Part shown: positions 25,201 to 38,400 of the stretch, in pieces
How the letters are laid out: every line of letters begins with the position of its first letter
Position numbering within the stretch: position 1 is the first letter of the stretch
From: Phoronis australis
Taxonomy: Eukaryota; Animalia; Phoronida
Length of the DNA stretch: 64,000 nt
Direction: 5' to 3'
Assembly (NCBI GenBank): GCA_002633005.1
Contig: NMRA01000037.1
Span: 62,001-126,000, forward strand
Program-made: the position numbers and the translations under genes
Notes under the pieces: generated by a model
Databases searched by the model: none
What the model was told of the DNA's origin: nothing
What the model saw: only the letters and a program-made list of their open reading frames with translations

Positions 25201-28200
25201 TTCATTTAGGTCATTTATTGATATATATTTATTTTTGCATTGTTCCTCAGTGAGCTGACAAATTTGTGATTGTTTGAGACTAGGCTCAATATCAACCATG
25301 CTCATATTCATTAGGTCACGTGATGTGGCCAGCAGATGGCGTGTTGACAAGATTTGAAATGTTTGTAACATAGGCTCAACATGCTGTCTTGACTGGCATG
25401 GTCATTTTGAGCATGGCCTCAAGCGATAGCTCCTCCCAGTCTCGCAAATCATTTCTATTCTAGTCAGTGGCTTAAACAAAATTTTTAGTTTAATTGATTC
25501 TTAATTCTGTTTTGGTCATGTCACCTACTAATGCATTATTGGTTTCCCGCTTGATTGATAAAAGCAGGGTTTTACTAAAAACAACTACTCCCTGTGTCTT
25601 CGCGACATTATTGTTCTTGGTGGATGGTCTTTCCCAATGTGTTTGGGTAGTACCACGCTAGTCTGGTTAACGCCCCGTGAATTTAAATTGAGAAACTTGG
25701 AAGTCAATACGCGGGCATTCAGCCAACCACTGGCATCATTTTGTAATGTCGGAGGTGTGTGTTCTGTCAAATGTGGACATTAACCCAGATCAATGAGAAA
25801 TGGTTCAGTTTTATACTTGTTTTAAATCTCAAAGACATAAAATCTTAATGGTGTTAATTATATGCACATATATATATTCTTTTTAGTTCAAAGAAAGAGA
25901 TTTCCTAGAGGGCATATTCAAATTTTGGAGGAATAAATCTCCCTTTGATGTCAAGGCATTCTGGGAGCAACGTCTTCGTCACTACCTCGGTGTGCGATAC
26001 GACTGCCGTAAAGGAGTCTTTGACTGGGACTTCAGCATGAAGCTGGTTGATCGGGACGTAAGTGGTCGCATTACTGAATACCTCCACCAGTTTGTGCGCC
26101 CCCTATATTTTTTTAAATAACCATCTGTTGCTGTGATTGCTGTCTGAAATAAACTGAATATGAGTTCAGTGAAAGACTGAGTTTCATGCATGCTTCCTCT
26201 CCATAAATCTTTACCAGTCAAGGTCCAGGTGAGAGTTATTCACTTTACCACAACAGGACTCTATACTGACATTTCGTAATATCATTTCCTTTGTTTCGCA
26301 GCAGTTTTAACATTGCTGTGCATGTCGCGCACTTGCAAATATTAATTTTCATCAATCAGGGCTTGGAATTTTCCGCGGAAACGCGGATTTCCGCTTTTTT
26401 CAAATGTACTTTCCGCTTTTTTTATAATATTTCCGCGTAAAAAGATCGGATTTGATATAAAATTTCCGCGTCAAATTCCTTTTTTACCGAGGCGTTGCAG
26501 ACGACGTTCACCTCGAAAAGCGGAAGTTGCTCTTTATGTTCGGAGGAACGTAAATTGTCAACATTTTCGGGGCATCTGGGATAGCGTGGTGTCATTTTCA
26601 ATGGCGTCTCGTGTTATTGTTAAGCGCGGCGACAAATACTATCGCTCTGCAGCCAACAATGTGTGGGTTGGGAGTAGACGGGCGAGCTAAAAGGACGCAG
26701 ACGCATGCTACTGATGGTGGTAACGTTTTTTTTTTTTTTTTTTTTTNTTTGTCGGGGAAAGGTTCACATTGACCAGTTCTAGGCTGGTTATCGGGCGATG
26801 ATTTGGGCCGTAAAAGTTTCAAAGTTTCCGCGTTTTTTGTCATTGGTCATTCCAAGCCCTGATCAATAGCTGGTCTGTTAATCAGTAACACTTGGATATC
26901 ATAGGATTCTCAACATACTGCTTCACCTAGGTCTTATGGCTGGGATTCACCTGCACTGTTTTTCCTCCTGTCGAAGACAGGAAACTTGATTGAAAATAAA
27001 TTGCACCTCAGGTTATTGAATTACAACCATGAGATTTCCCAGAAACACTTTGTTCACTTTGAAGGTTGTATGAATCTGACCTTAGAGTTATGCTTTGCTG
27101 TCAGTTAGTTTGTGGATACATGAGTTCTATATTTTTATGTTTCAGGCTGAGATAATTCATAGTAAATTATATAGCTGGTGGCGTGAGACTGGGACTGCGT
27201 TCGAGATACGAGAAGGCTCCTATGATGTGTCCAATTTGACGTTGGCATCCGGCTTCCTCCTTAAACAGGTGAGTCTCCCCTAGCTGTTCATTATCCCTGC
27301 TGTCTTAACACACATCCTGTCATGACTGTTAAGGAAATTGTGGCACATAGGTTATTTGTAAAAAGACTAGAAAGTAATATTTGCTGAAGAAAAAACAAGC
27401 TTCAGTTCTTCCATAGCCCGGAAATAATTCCTCATCTGAGTAAGAAATTATTTGAGAACTCTTTTATAACAGTAAGTGGCCTAAATAATAAAAAACTTAA
27501 GTGTTTTGACATAAAGCACAGATTTGATGTCACTTTTGTAATTAAAAATATTTGTACTTTTTATGTAACTGAGATACATTTTACTGTTGAAAGAGTGCTT
27601 CTTTTCTCACACTGCAAAATATAATGTTTTTAGTTGTACACATATTTTGGAGTGAGGGGAATAATCTTAATTTTGGTTTATGCACAGTTCCAAAGTTTTA
27701 ACAAATGGCTGTAATTTCCTGATCCCAGGATCCGACTTTTTATGGTGTTTTGTTGTGATATAATTTGTTATGATCATGATGTCTGTAATCCGTCCATTAT
27801 AACTTCCAAGTTGCGTGTGATACAGTAGAAGTCAATTAGTGTCATACAGGATAATAGAACATCCCAGTTATTGTCATGAAATGTCAACAAAATAAAATTA
27901 TTTCCAATTAAAGCCATAATGTCATGGTTTATTGTCATATTCTTGCATATTGTCGTTGAGAATCAACGAAATTGATTCTCGCCTATTAAGTACCTTTGCT
28001 TTTCTGTCTAAAAACCAACCGAATTCAGAACTTGGCGCCAAGGGTAAATATCAGTTGATTCCTGTTCAGCTGTTTTACTCACCTACTGTCTACTTCGCTT
28101 ATCCCTTCTGTGATCAAAATTTACATCAAAACTGAGACAAAGACGCAGGTTCCAGTTTATTATGAATTGCACTGAATACACTATGACTCTTCTCTTTTAG

Positions 28201-31200
28201 GGTGGAGAAAAGGTGGCGAGACGAGGTTATTGGGGAGATATCATTGTCAGCCCATTTATTGCATTTGGCATTGAGTGTGAGGAAAAAAGCTTCTTTAAAA
28301 AGTCAAACAACCAACTGACAAAAGTATGTAAACAATGTTATATCCTTTGGTCGTTTTGTTCTAGTGAGTTTGACATGTCACATGATGACATTGTTATCTG
28401 TCGTCATGTATTAACATGTAGCATGCAAACTACAACAGGAGTGCATAGTTTTACTCATGCTTAGTTCATGTTTCAAGTAATGGTTGAATCTTTGCAATTG
28501 TGTAGAAAGTAATCTGATCACTTTGTAAATAGATACCATGGCAACTATTGATACTGAGGCTAGCCATCACAACTGAGTTAGTTATTGCCATGTACAGAGG
28601 CAAGATTTCCTTCACTGTTTGGGTTCATATAATTGTGAGTATGCATCATACGTCAAACAAGCAAGCTATTAAAACGAGAAATAAAGTACCCCATGAGACA
28701 TGGAGTGTAAAAAGTAATTAGGTCAACTGGGTTACATAGGGTTACAAAAACCACATGCTACACAATGTATTGAAGAATAAAATTATGTGCATCTATGTAA
28801 AGTTTTCTGCGCATGAATTTGACCTTTTGACCTCCATTTTAGTCATCGTGTGATGTGTCCGAATATAACATTTTGTCGATGCTCCATGAACTGGCCACCA
28901 GGTCCAAGTACATACCCCCTGCGGAGACAAAAAGTGAGGCTGAAGAAGCTGCAGGACCGAAGCTCACTGGTGAGTTGTGCTTTGATGAAAATGTGTTGTG
29001 GATGAATTTTGTGTTTCCGATTATTCACTGTGACATTGGTAAAAATTGTCATTAGTCACGAGGTGTTTAAAGTGGCGCATTCTAATTGCTAAGCATGGCA
29101 TAGCTTCTCTTAAGTGACCCACATATTTCAGGCTATATAATCAAATTTTCCCTTACAACTTTAAAACAAACTCTGCTGGGTGTATTACAGAGATTACTGA
29201 AGAAAGCGAAGAGGAAGAAGAAGTTGAAAGTCAGACATGTACCTCAAATACAGAAGAGCAGGTTGCATCAAATCCACTTGATACTGAATATGGTAAGAGT
29301 ACTTATTGTTGACTATGGTATTTTGACAACATACTATAATTACAACCAATGTCTATATAGTTAATTTCACGGTAGTTATAGCAGTAATAACAAAAGGAAT
29401 TATAACGGTGGTAAATATCATCCTAGTGTTTGTAACGCTGACGATGCTATATGTTTGCAATTAGTATTTAAAACCAAGCAACCATGTCAGTTCAATTACC
29501 CGCATGTTCTAAGACCAGTAGCCAGAGTTAGATTCTGGTGTGTTGCTTAAAACTGAGGCTAAATCTGATGAAGAAATTCGTTCATGTAAATTTAGAATAT
29601 TGAGGGTTTTGGGGTTAAATAGCTTGTCAAGATGGCTATATAGCTGGTGCACCTTAGCACAGCTTGAAATCTAGAGATAAGAAGATGCTATTGTAGGCTT
29701 GTGTAGTCATACAAGATCAGTATATTGTGTAGTCATCATCCGTTGACATGGTGACCCTTTGCCATTAATTGTAACCACCCTTTGGCTTCTACTATTCAAC
29801 TGTTGCATAAAGTTCAGTAGATGGATAGACTTCTCCCAATGTGTCCCTTGTACTATCACAGTTTTGATGCAAATACAGAAATACATTCAGATCAGTGCTG
29901 TAGTGGGGTGTAGGCGCACGTGGGCGCAGCCAACCACCTTTTGGCATTTGAATGTAGTGCCTACGCACCGTAAGTTACGTTCAGTGCTCAAGGTAATATG
30001 GTGGGCTTTGGGCGCCTACTTACCTCTAATTTTACCACTACAGCATTGGTTCAGATCTTATTATGATACTTGACTGACTTTTATTGGGACAGCTGCTGTG
30101 ACCTGTGTGTATATTAAGTTGAACACAAACTATTATAATTCTTCATTATTTCAGAGCCTTTACCCTCAGAAGAATTCAGTGTTTGCTTCCTTCCTCTGAA
30201 CAGCATTGGTGATTTACACAAGAAAGCACGCTATCAAAAACTGTTTCACGTGGCTTATTTTTCTAACAGGTAAGAAAACTGTCATGACAAATGAATGAGA
30301 AATTTTTCAACAAGAAGACCAGATTGTTCATCTAATAAAATATGTGGTCAACTAGTAAAATACAGAAAGTGGACACGCCCTTCTTTGTTTTTACATTCTA
30401 ATTGAGAATTTAACTAAATAGGTAAACACGAGATGTTTATTGATTCATGACATTGTTGACTCAACAGAAATTAGAACATTTCTTGACTGAACACTATTTA
30501 AAGTGGTTAAACGTTATTCTTTCTAGTTTCAGTTGGAGTTCACATGGGGCAGTCCCACATTTCTTCTATCAACAATGAGATATTTTAACAGCCAAATCAA
30601 CTGTTTTCTTAAAATGTCAGAATCCTAGGAGAGTTTTAGATTTTTTTAATTTACAGCACATTACCTTTCATTCTGTGTGTTACATCAGTACTTTGTGTCA
30701 ACCCTGTTTATCCTCAATTTCAGTATGGTTCATCATTTGAAACCTGAGAACAAAGTTGAAGACACTTTTGTTGACAATGCCAAATTAATTTTGGAAAGTA
30801 CCAGGTAAGCACGAACTAACTACATGTGTACAGTGTAGTGGAAGAGAGTGCTGTGGGTATTTTAAACATATTGGCTTGGAGTTTTAATTTTGCCACCGTT
30901 ACGTTATTTTTGCTTACCGAAATGATTAAGGGTGCTTTTAAAAGTTTTACATTTAAAACAATAAAGTAGTTTGATAGTTTTCAAGTATTACTAAGAACTT
31001 GTTTCCAGACTTCCCCACGCTCGTTTATTGAGGTCAGTGCAAGAAATCTGGTGGTTATTGGTGTGTGCAAGACGAAATCCTGTAATTAGCAAAACGTTAT
31101 GTTATTGTTATACATAACTTTGTCGTGTTTTGAAAACTGTCATTGGTTTCTCAATGTTTTGTTATAGGTTTATGTTGGAGTTGAAAGTGGATCAGAATGA

Positions 31201-33134
31201 AGAGTTTGTCAAGCGAGTAACCTCAATGGCAGGAGAAATTGGATGCAAGGTAATGCTTTGAAGAAAATATTTTACCTCAGGTTGATAGATATATTGGTCC
31301 ATCTTCTAAAACTGCACGTCGTTCAAAGTGTAACTAGAGGGGGATATATTAACTGCTCTACTCTGAGACCATCCTTGTTTTCCATGTAAGGTGTACCTAG
31401 GAATCCTTTCCTTAGCCGAACAAGGAATCATTTCTTAGAAACTTGACTCCTCAGGGAAACTACACGTAAAATTTCAAGAAGGTTTACCTCAGATTCCAAG
31501 GTTACCTCTGGGATGTCTATAAGGTTTGCCTCTCAGACAGTTTCTGCTAATTTGCATGCTAATATTTAGAGAGGTGAGAGGGTGCTTTTACTGAACTTCA
31601 GGTATAAACTGGGTGGATGATCTACTGGAACAGCTTTCACATTTTTGCATCAGTTGTATCCATCTGCCTATAAAATACAGTTCCTAGGGAGTTTTTACTT
31701 GAGGTCTATCTTAGCATGTATGTAAGGTCTACCTCAACACATTTCTGAGGCATCTCTTAGAATACGGGCTAATTGTTAAGTTGACCTTCTCATGGTTCTC
31801 TCTGCTATTTGTTTACTGATTAGCGTTTGGTCATCAAGGACTTGTTTGAAAAAGAATTCATGACTGTTTCAGTAGCAAGTCTACTTTACACATGTGACAA
31901 CTAGCCAGTTATGATTGCACAAATGAGACTTTAAGTCGAGAAAAAAACCTTCCAACTTCTATGTTCAATGAACAAGATTTAATTTTAAGGATTGGTGCAT
32001 GTTAAAAAGGTCATTAAAGTGACATTGAACCCGCGCTTTCTGTCAAAAAAACAATTTTCGATTTGGGCCACTTAAACTGACGTCATAAAATTCCTTTATA
32101 CTCTGACAGTTTAGAATTTATTTCGACGAGGCATTTGAAGAACTATCTGTTTTTCATTAATGTCAAAAACGCTGTTAGGATTTTCGAAATAAAGGTCTAG
32201 TTTTTGTGTAATGTAACAAAGATGAATACGACTGCTACTTTTTACAAAAATACTTCACGTTTTGCAAGTTGATTTGCCATAGAAACCAAATTAAGAGACT
32301 AATTGAAAATTCTTATCAGTTTTTAAGGTAACTGGTGAAGTTTTCATTTAAAAAGGTATTTTGCTATGAATGTACCTTTCTTAAAAATGAAGTTTTGACC
32401 TAAAAAAGGTATTAATGTAATAATAATAATGGCACATCAATATAAAATGTCTTTTTATAATCCCTGATCTTCTTTTGTTTAGAAAATATATACTTTTACT
32501 AGTTGACAAAGCCTGGTTTTTTGTTATATAAGTTAGAATGGAGGCCACTGTATCAGGTTTGAGATAGCCTTAATACCAAACTCAGAAAATTTTATGAGCT
32601 TAGTCTCGTGCAATAACTGAACTGTCAGTTCTTTCAGAGACCTCAGATCACCTTTAATATAATTGAGGAAAATTTTTAGGTCAATTTCAAAATGATATGT
32701 TACCTAAATCATAGCATGTTTTTGATAGAAAGCACAGGTTTAATGCCGTTGTATGTTAAGGCTTTTTATCGAATCAGTATTGTTCCATTATTTACTTGAT
32801 TGATGGACTGTGGTTAGAAAAGTGACGATGGGTTTGGTAAAAATAATACGGATAAGTACTTTCAAAAAAGATTTGGTTCTGTAATGTGTATTTTTCATTT
32901 TGAGAAAGTTGTGTCATGTATTTGGTGATTGTTTGAAGTCCTCAACCAAAAAAAACATTGTATTGGATCGTGTATGTCTATAGGGTTGTAATCAGTTTTT
33001 ACTTTGCTTTAAAATATTTATTCTCCGGTCTAATTTTGTTTTTACAATTTCTGTTTTAGCGTGATGGAGACTGCAACCCAATGAAGGATTCCTTCATAAA
33101 CTTCACTTATCTAAGAAAGACTGCTTCTTCATGA
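22208..33134 (+). CDS. DNAAF3: Dynein axonemal assembly factor 3 (PF22), 485 aa, 15 exons
   Basis: Exons 22208-22274, 23053-23100, 23302-23393, 23950-24043, 24381-24474, 24895-24958, 25887-26057, 27146-27268, 28201-28323, 28843-28969, 29191-29292, 30155-30269, 30724-30804, 31168-31249, 33060-33134 (1458 nt). Motifs [75 protein letters not shown]. Confidence 0.96.
22728..22852. repeat. Perfect 61-bp tandem duplication in DNAAF3 intron 1
   Basis: Two identical units bounded by CAT microhomology. Confidence 0.95.
26357..26861 (+). mobile_element. 505-bp MITE, CAGGGCTTGGAAT termini, 6-bp TSD ATCAAT
   Basis: atcaat|cagggcttggaat...attccaagccctg|atcaat; subterminal TTTCCGC repeats; CpG-rich, so probably young. 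Confidence 0.9.
29893..30048. mobile_element. 156-bp hAT-like MITE with 8-bp TSD
   Basis: attcagat|cagtgctgtagtgg...ccactacagcattg|gttcagat. Confidence 0.85.
32225..32570 (-). mobile_element. Second copy of the Kolobok-like element
   Basis: Reverse-complement match to 18928-19306; ends ggtttgagatagcct|taa. Confidence 0.7.
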
Positions 33135-34449
33135 CACAGGGAATGAAATTATAAGTTCATGTGTGCAACTTGAAAATAAATTTTGTAATTTCGCAGTCTA
33201 ACAACTTGTATTAATCTGTTTGACAAAGAAAAGTTGCCTGTTCAAAATAAACTTTCGTCAGGACAAGTATTTAAGGTAAAAACTATTTTTACTTCCACTG
33301 CAAGTTAAGAATTTATTTTGTCTTTATATTTTCTGTGACACTGTCATGACTTTACCCTTTCTTTTGAAATAGACATTCCAGTTCCAAGCTCCTTCCTTGG
33401 CATATGGTTTTGTGAAATTTATATTTCCTCATGTTGTTATGTGTGATTGTTATTTTGTAATAAAATGATACAAGTTTTGTTTATACAAATGATTTGTATT
33501 TTTACTTTATTAATTTAAACAGATACTAAACCCTGTTTCGATGATTTCAACCAGTCCTCGTTCTGTCACCTGCAAATGCATCATTGGCATCAATCTTTTA
33601 AGCTAAAGGCAGGATTCGAATAAAAACTCACGCTCCCTATGTCACACATTGGACATTATGGTCATCGATGGGTTGTTTTTTCCCACAGTTGACTGGTAAT
33701 TCGCTAAATGTGTAGGTCACACTTGGCTGTTTAGCCACAGACTTTGAAATGAAGGAAGTTTTCAAATTTTCCTCCAAACTTTTAAGGATTGTTGAGGGTT
33801 ATATAGCATTATTTTGTTTCAGAGAATTGGATGGGAAAGTCATTTTTAGTATCTGTTTATAGGCCAAACTCGCGTTTGGTATCATTTTAATAGTTTCAAT
33901 CTTTAGCTATGAAGGAAAATCATTATTTATGGCCCAGGTCTGGGGGTACTGAAATAGCCGTGTTTCCTCTTCAAAATTAACATACTTATCTGTTTGTGTG
34001 ACGGTGGTGAATTTTGGACAAAAATAATTGCCAAAATTGATCTTTTTCATTTTGCAAATGCTTGAGACATTGCAATGTAAGGTTGAAAAAAATTGGTGAA
34101 AAATTTACCACGTTATAACTTGTAGATCACATTCTCACGATTCAAAATTTCACACCTTTTACTCGAATATCAGTGTTTTAACTATGCAAAACAGACCAAC
34201 AAATGATATATTTTTAATCGTATATAAATCTTATTCAGAAAATTTGATAGCTACTCAGTAACACCGTTGAAGCCCTTATTTTTGTACACTAGTTCCTAGT
34301 AAAAAGAAGGGCATGAATTGGTCACCATGTTAATATTTGTAACTTTAAATGTCATTCCGTAATCTCAGCCTCCTTCAGGTCACACTCCTGGTACACTCTG
34401 CTGACATTAATAATAAATGCGCAACCATATCCAAAGATGGCAGACTGAA

Positions 34450-34689
34450 CATGCGCGCACCCAGGGGGGGCTCGGGGAGCTGGAATGAGCCCCCCCCCAT
34501 TTGGTGAAGTGGGTAAAAAGGTCCGCCTCAGCGAAACAAAAAGTCTGAGAAATCGAGTCAAAAGCCCACTAAAAAAGCGCAGACGCACAGTTCACAGACC
34601 TGAAGGTGGTCCTCCTGCGTTTTTGTTAGCAAAAGGTCCACTTTGTCAGAGATTCGAGCCCCCCATGTTAAAGGCTTGGTGTGCGCTTG
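34450..34689 (+). mobile_element. 240-bp MITE, TIR CATGCGCGCACC / GGTGTGCGCTTG
   Basis: Flanks ctgaa/ctaaa (possible 5-bp TSD with one mismatch); further copies at 1190-1416 and 36611-36710. Confidence 0.8.
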
Positions 34690-35421
34690 CTAAACAAATG
34701 TTTTGTACTGCTTATGGTGTACTTAAAGTTGGAAGATTTTCTTGGACCCATATTAGTTGACTTTGAATAATACTCGATGAAACAAATGGTGTTTTCTGTA
34801 TTTTTACAGCTATTTTTATAATACTAAGGTAAACTGCACAATGGCTTCTTCAACTCAGTAAGTTTTGTAAAATAAAGAAGTGAATGTTCACATTGTTTTA
34901 GATCGCACAAAGTCTCCTCAGTGCTGGCTGCTGGACCAAATGCTATTAATTTTGTATTTTTCTAATTTTCATTAGTTTGCCTCCATAAAATTGAATGTTA
35001 ACTTCGTCTGAGTAAACAAATGTGCTTTATTACTTTCACCCAGGTCCAATTTGAAATTATTATTGAGGAACATCTTCAAAACTAAAACTTGATGAATGCC
35101 CTTGCTACATTCCCATTTTGTTCTTGGGTTAAAAATACTTCCAATCTTTTTCGTTGTAACTTCAAAATACATTTAGAAAATTGAACTAATCAGCTTATAA
35201 CCTACCACCCCTTCATGACGTGAACATTATCTGAAAACGGTTTCTGGAGAAGCACTGTTGGTTACGCACTACACGTTTCCGGAATTCCCACTTGTTTACG
35301 GGGGTTTCCCAACTTTCAAAACGAGGCTAAATGCATATTCATGAGCTGCAAGGTATTCCAAAATGGCGACGGACGATAGAGCATCTTTCTTTATTTGATT
35401 TTGTTTGTGAATTCCATTGAC

Positions 35422-38400
35422 ATGGAATCAAAAATGAAGAACAGATCGCGCGCTGGTGATTCATTGACGCCTATAGAAAACGGTAATCATGAGAAAGACA
35501 CTTCTTTGTATGGTGAGTTAAAGTGATAAGCTTGGGAAGTTGGCCAAAGTAAACGTTTTGGCGAATTATTTTGAAAGAAAAACACCATTAAAATTTCTGT
35601 TTAAAGAAGCATGTAAAGTGCCTTAGAACCCCCTATTTTTAGCCACTCAGTTTGATTACTGTGACTTAACACTAACAGGTTGTCATTACCTTGTTTGGAT
35701 GATGAAACCCTATCGATCAGTTGTCAAATGATCTGCTCTGCTGTTTAAAAACACCTGTCAATCAGTCAATCAGTGCCAAGGCGAATGAAATCGGGACGGT
35801 AAAGTTTCTATTGATGGTAACCCTGAAAAGATAAATTGCGTTTGACTAATGATTTGGATAAGTTTTACTGTTTAAACAGTTCTCACCATAGTTGTAAGTC
35901 CTTCAATACAACTTGTAGTTTTGGAGCCTAGGCCTACTTGTTATAAGATAGGGGTTAATGTAAACTTGCCTTCCATGACAAAACAACTTTTAATTTAGAC
36001 CACTTGTAGAGAGCTTGATTTTCGAAAACAGAGATTTATACGTTTTAGCAAACGTAAATTTCCCATTTTCTTAACCATCAAATTTCTCTTTTCTGTTTCA
36101 AAATGATAAATAACAGAAATGATCAGGGAATTTCTTTACTTTCTCTGCTGAATCATGCTATGTTTATTGTTTCTCAAAACTTGAAAAGAACAGCGCCATC
36201 TTCAGAAAGAATGAATGCAACTTGAACGTATCTTCTAGAAAACAATTAATGATTGTTCATGGCCAGAATACGTCAAATTTGATGAATTATATTCCACTTT
36301 GGCAGTTTAAAACCAAAAATTAAGTCATGGCATCTGTTACTGTGGTGTATGGAAATTACAAAGTCAGTTACCATGAATTACAACCATTTTCCGTTTTCAC
36401 ACTTTCCATTATGTAATTGATCTCAATTTGTTTGTCGAATTCAAAGCTTTGAATGAACAGACAGTTTGTTATTGTTTGAGACCAGGCTCTACAAGTTGGC
36501 TTGCCAAAGCACATTTTGGCGCATGGTCTCAAGGAAAAATGAACTGTCAGTTCTTTGAAAACCCATAAATCGCTTTTTATCTGAATAAGAATGGTTCGAG
36601 ACTGAGACTACATGCGTGCAAACAGGGTGGGCTGGGGGGAGAGAAGCTCGAATGAGGCCCCCCCATTTGGTGAAGTGGGCAAAAAGGTCCACCTCCGAGA
36701 AACAAAAAATATGAAAAAAGAAAACGATACATAATACGAGCCTGGCCGTAGACGGAAAAAGTTACCTTAAGGCAGAAGAACCTTTCAGGCCAGTTTCAGT
36801 AGTTAACAAGATGCTCAAGTTTTTGCTTATTGATGCCCAAGACATTGAAGGTATCTTTAGATGGATACCCTAGTTCTTCACTATTTAGCACACAATATGG
36901 TGGACAAACTAGACACATGAAATTTTATTTTCTTAGATAAAGATTAAGCTGTTATAAGCTTAACTAATTTGCTGACAGTTAATCTGCGGCTTATCAACTA
37001 CAATTTTAGAATTTTTTTGCAAAATAATTGAAGAATATGAATGTATGTTTGACAATAAATGTAATGACATGCTTACAGTGGTAGAATAGTGAATATATGA
37101 ATAATATCTATTGTATTATCAAATAATACCACAAGATGTGCTGTTGTTGACAGCAACATCGATAACTCCGATGACAATCCACCTCTCACACACTGTCGAA
37201 TGATAATCCTGCTCGTCTTGCAATTTTGTCTTTAGTCCAAGGTCATAGTTAACCTTTCACATGGACTGACATTCCCCAAAACATCGAGTCGACGTTGATG
37301 TAAAAGACTTGTGTGAGTGCCTGAGATGCTTGGACACAATTTTGCGATCAAAAACAGCCTTAGGACACTATCATTTACCCCATTATAAGTTACCTGATTA
37401 TGTGTGAATTAGCCATTGTCTTGTTAAGTGATAAATGCAGGAATTTGTGGATAGTTCTGTCACACTGCTATTTCCAGTCATTATAACCATCTAAGGTGAT
37501 TCGCGTGCAAGTGTGTGACACTGATAATTTTAAGTTTAAAATCAGTTGTCTTATAATTTTTCGTTGAGGGAAAATTACAGTAAAAGTTCTTCAGTTTGGA
37601 TAAAAAAGATTTCCTAAAATTGCTATATTTCTATTTTTCAAATGCTTACCTTGTTGTGACAAATTTTTACCAAATGTTAATTGGTAATTAATAGCTATGT
37701 CATACAAACCATGCTAAAAGCGACGTAAATTATCCTGGAAAGTTATTTTTGTTGAGAAATTTAACAAAATGGAATTTCTCCTGTCCGCCATATCGTGTTC
37801 CAAATTGAAGAATGATTGCCGTACATCTATAGTAAGCAGGTTTAACAGTGTTCTCACCAGGACTAAAATTGAGTATTGTGGGAGTGACCCATGAAACCCT
37901 GTGGTCTACTAGTATTAAGGATTTCACCAGAGGTCTAACTTTGGGTATTTTGTTATGTACCAACGATAATTTAATTAAGCAGTCTATATTTTCTCAGTAG
38001 ATGTTACATTGATGTGGACTATAATCTAGCCACTGGCGTCCATCAGTGTACAAGGCTGAAGTATAGTTATGGCTACATACTGGTCATGAACTCTGGAGAA
38101 CAAATTGATGATGCGACAGTGAACTAAACTGGAGCATTTGGCAGCATTACAAGAAAGTCTAATGTCGAGTCACAAATGGTTTGATTCTAGGTGCCTTCCT
38201 TGTACTGGTTGAATTTTGTCTGTTTGTTTTTGTGAGAGTAGCTGCTTGTGTGACAATTCCTTTTATTTGTTTGAACATTACCGTAGTACATATGACTAGC
38301 CATGACCTATTTTAAGATGGTGGCCTTATGAAGTTAGTAATCTGCCTTGGTTTAAATTAATAGTTGGTTATACTCACAGGTCTATTTGTTTGCATGTGAC

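Noticed and set aside
26726-26750. Poly-T run with an N at 26747
   Set aside because: Homopolymer sequencing ambiguity inside a MITE.
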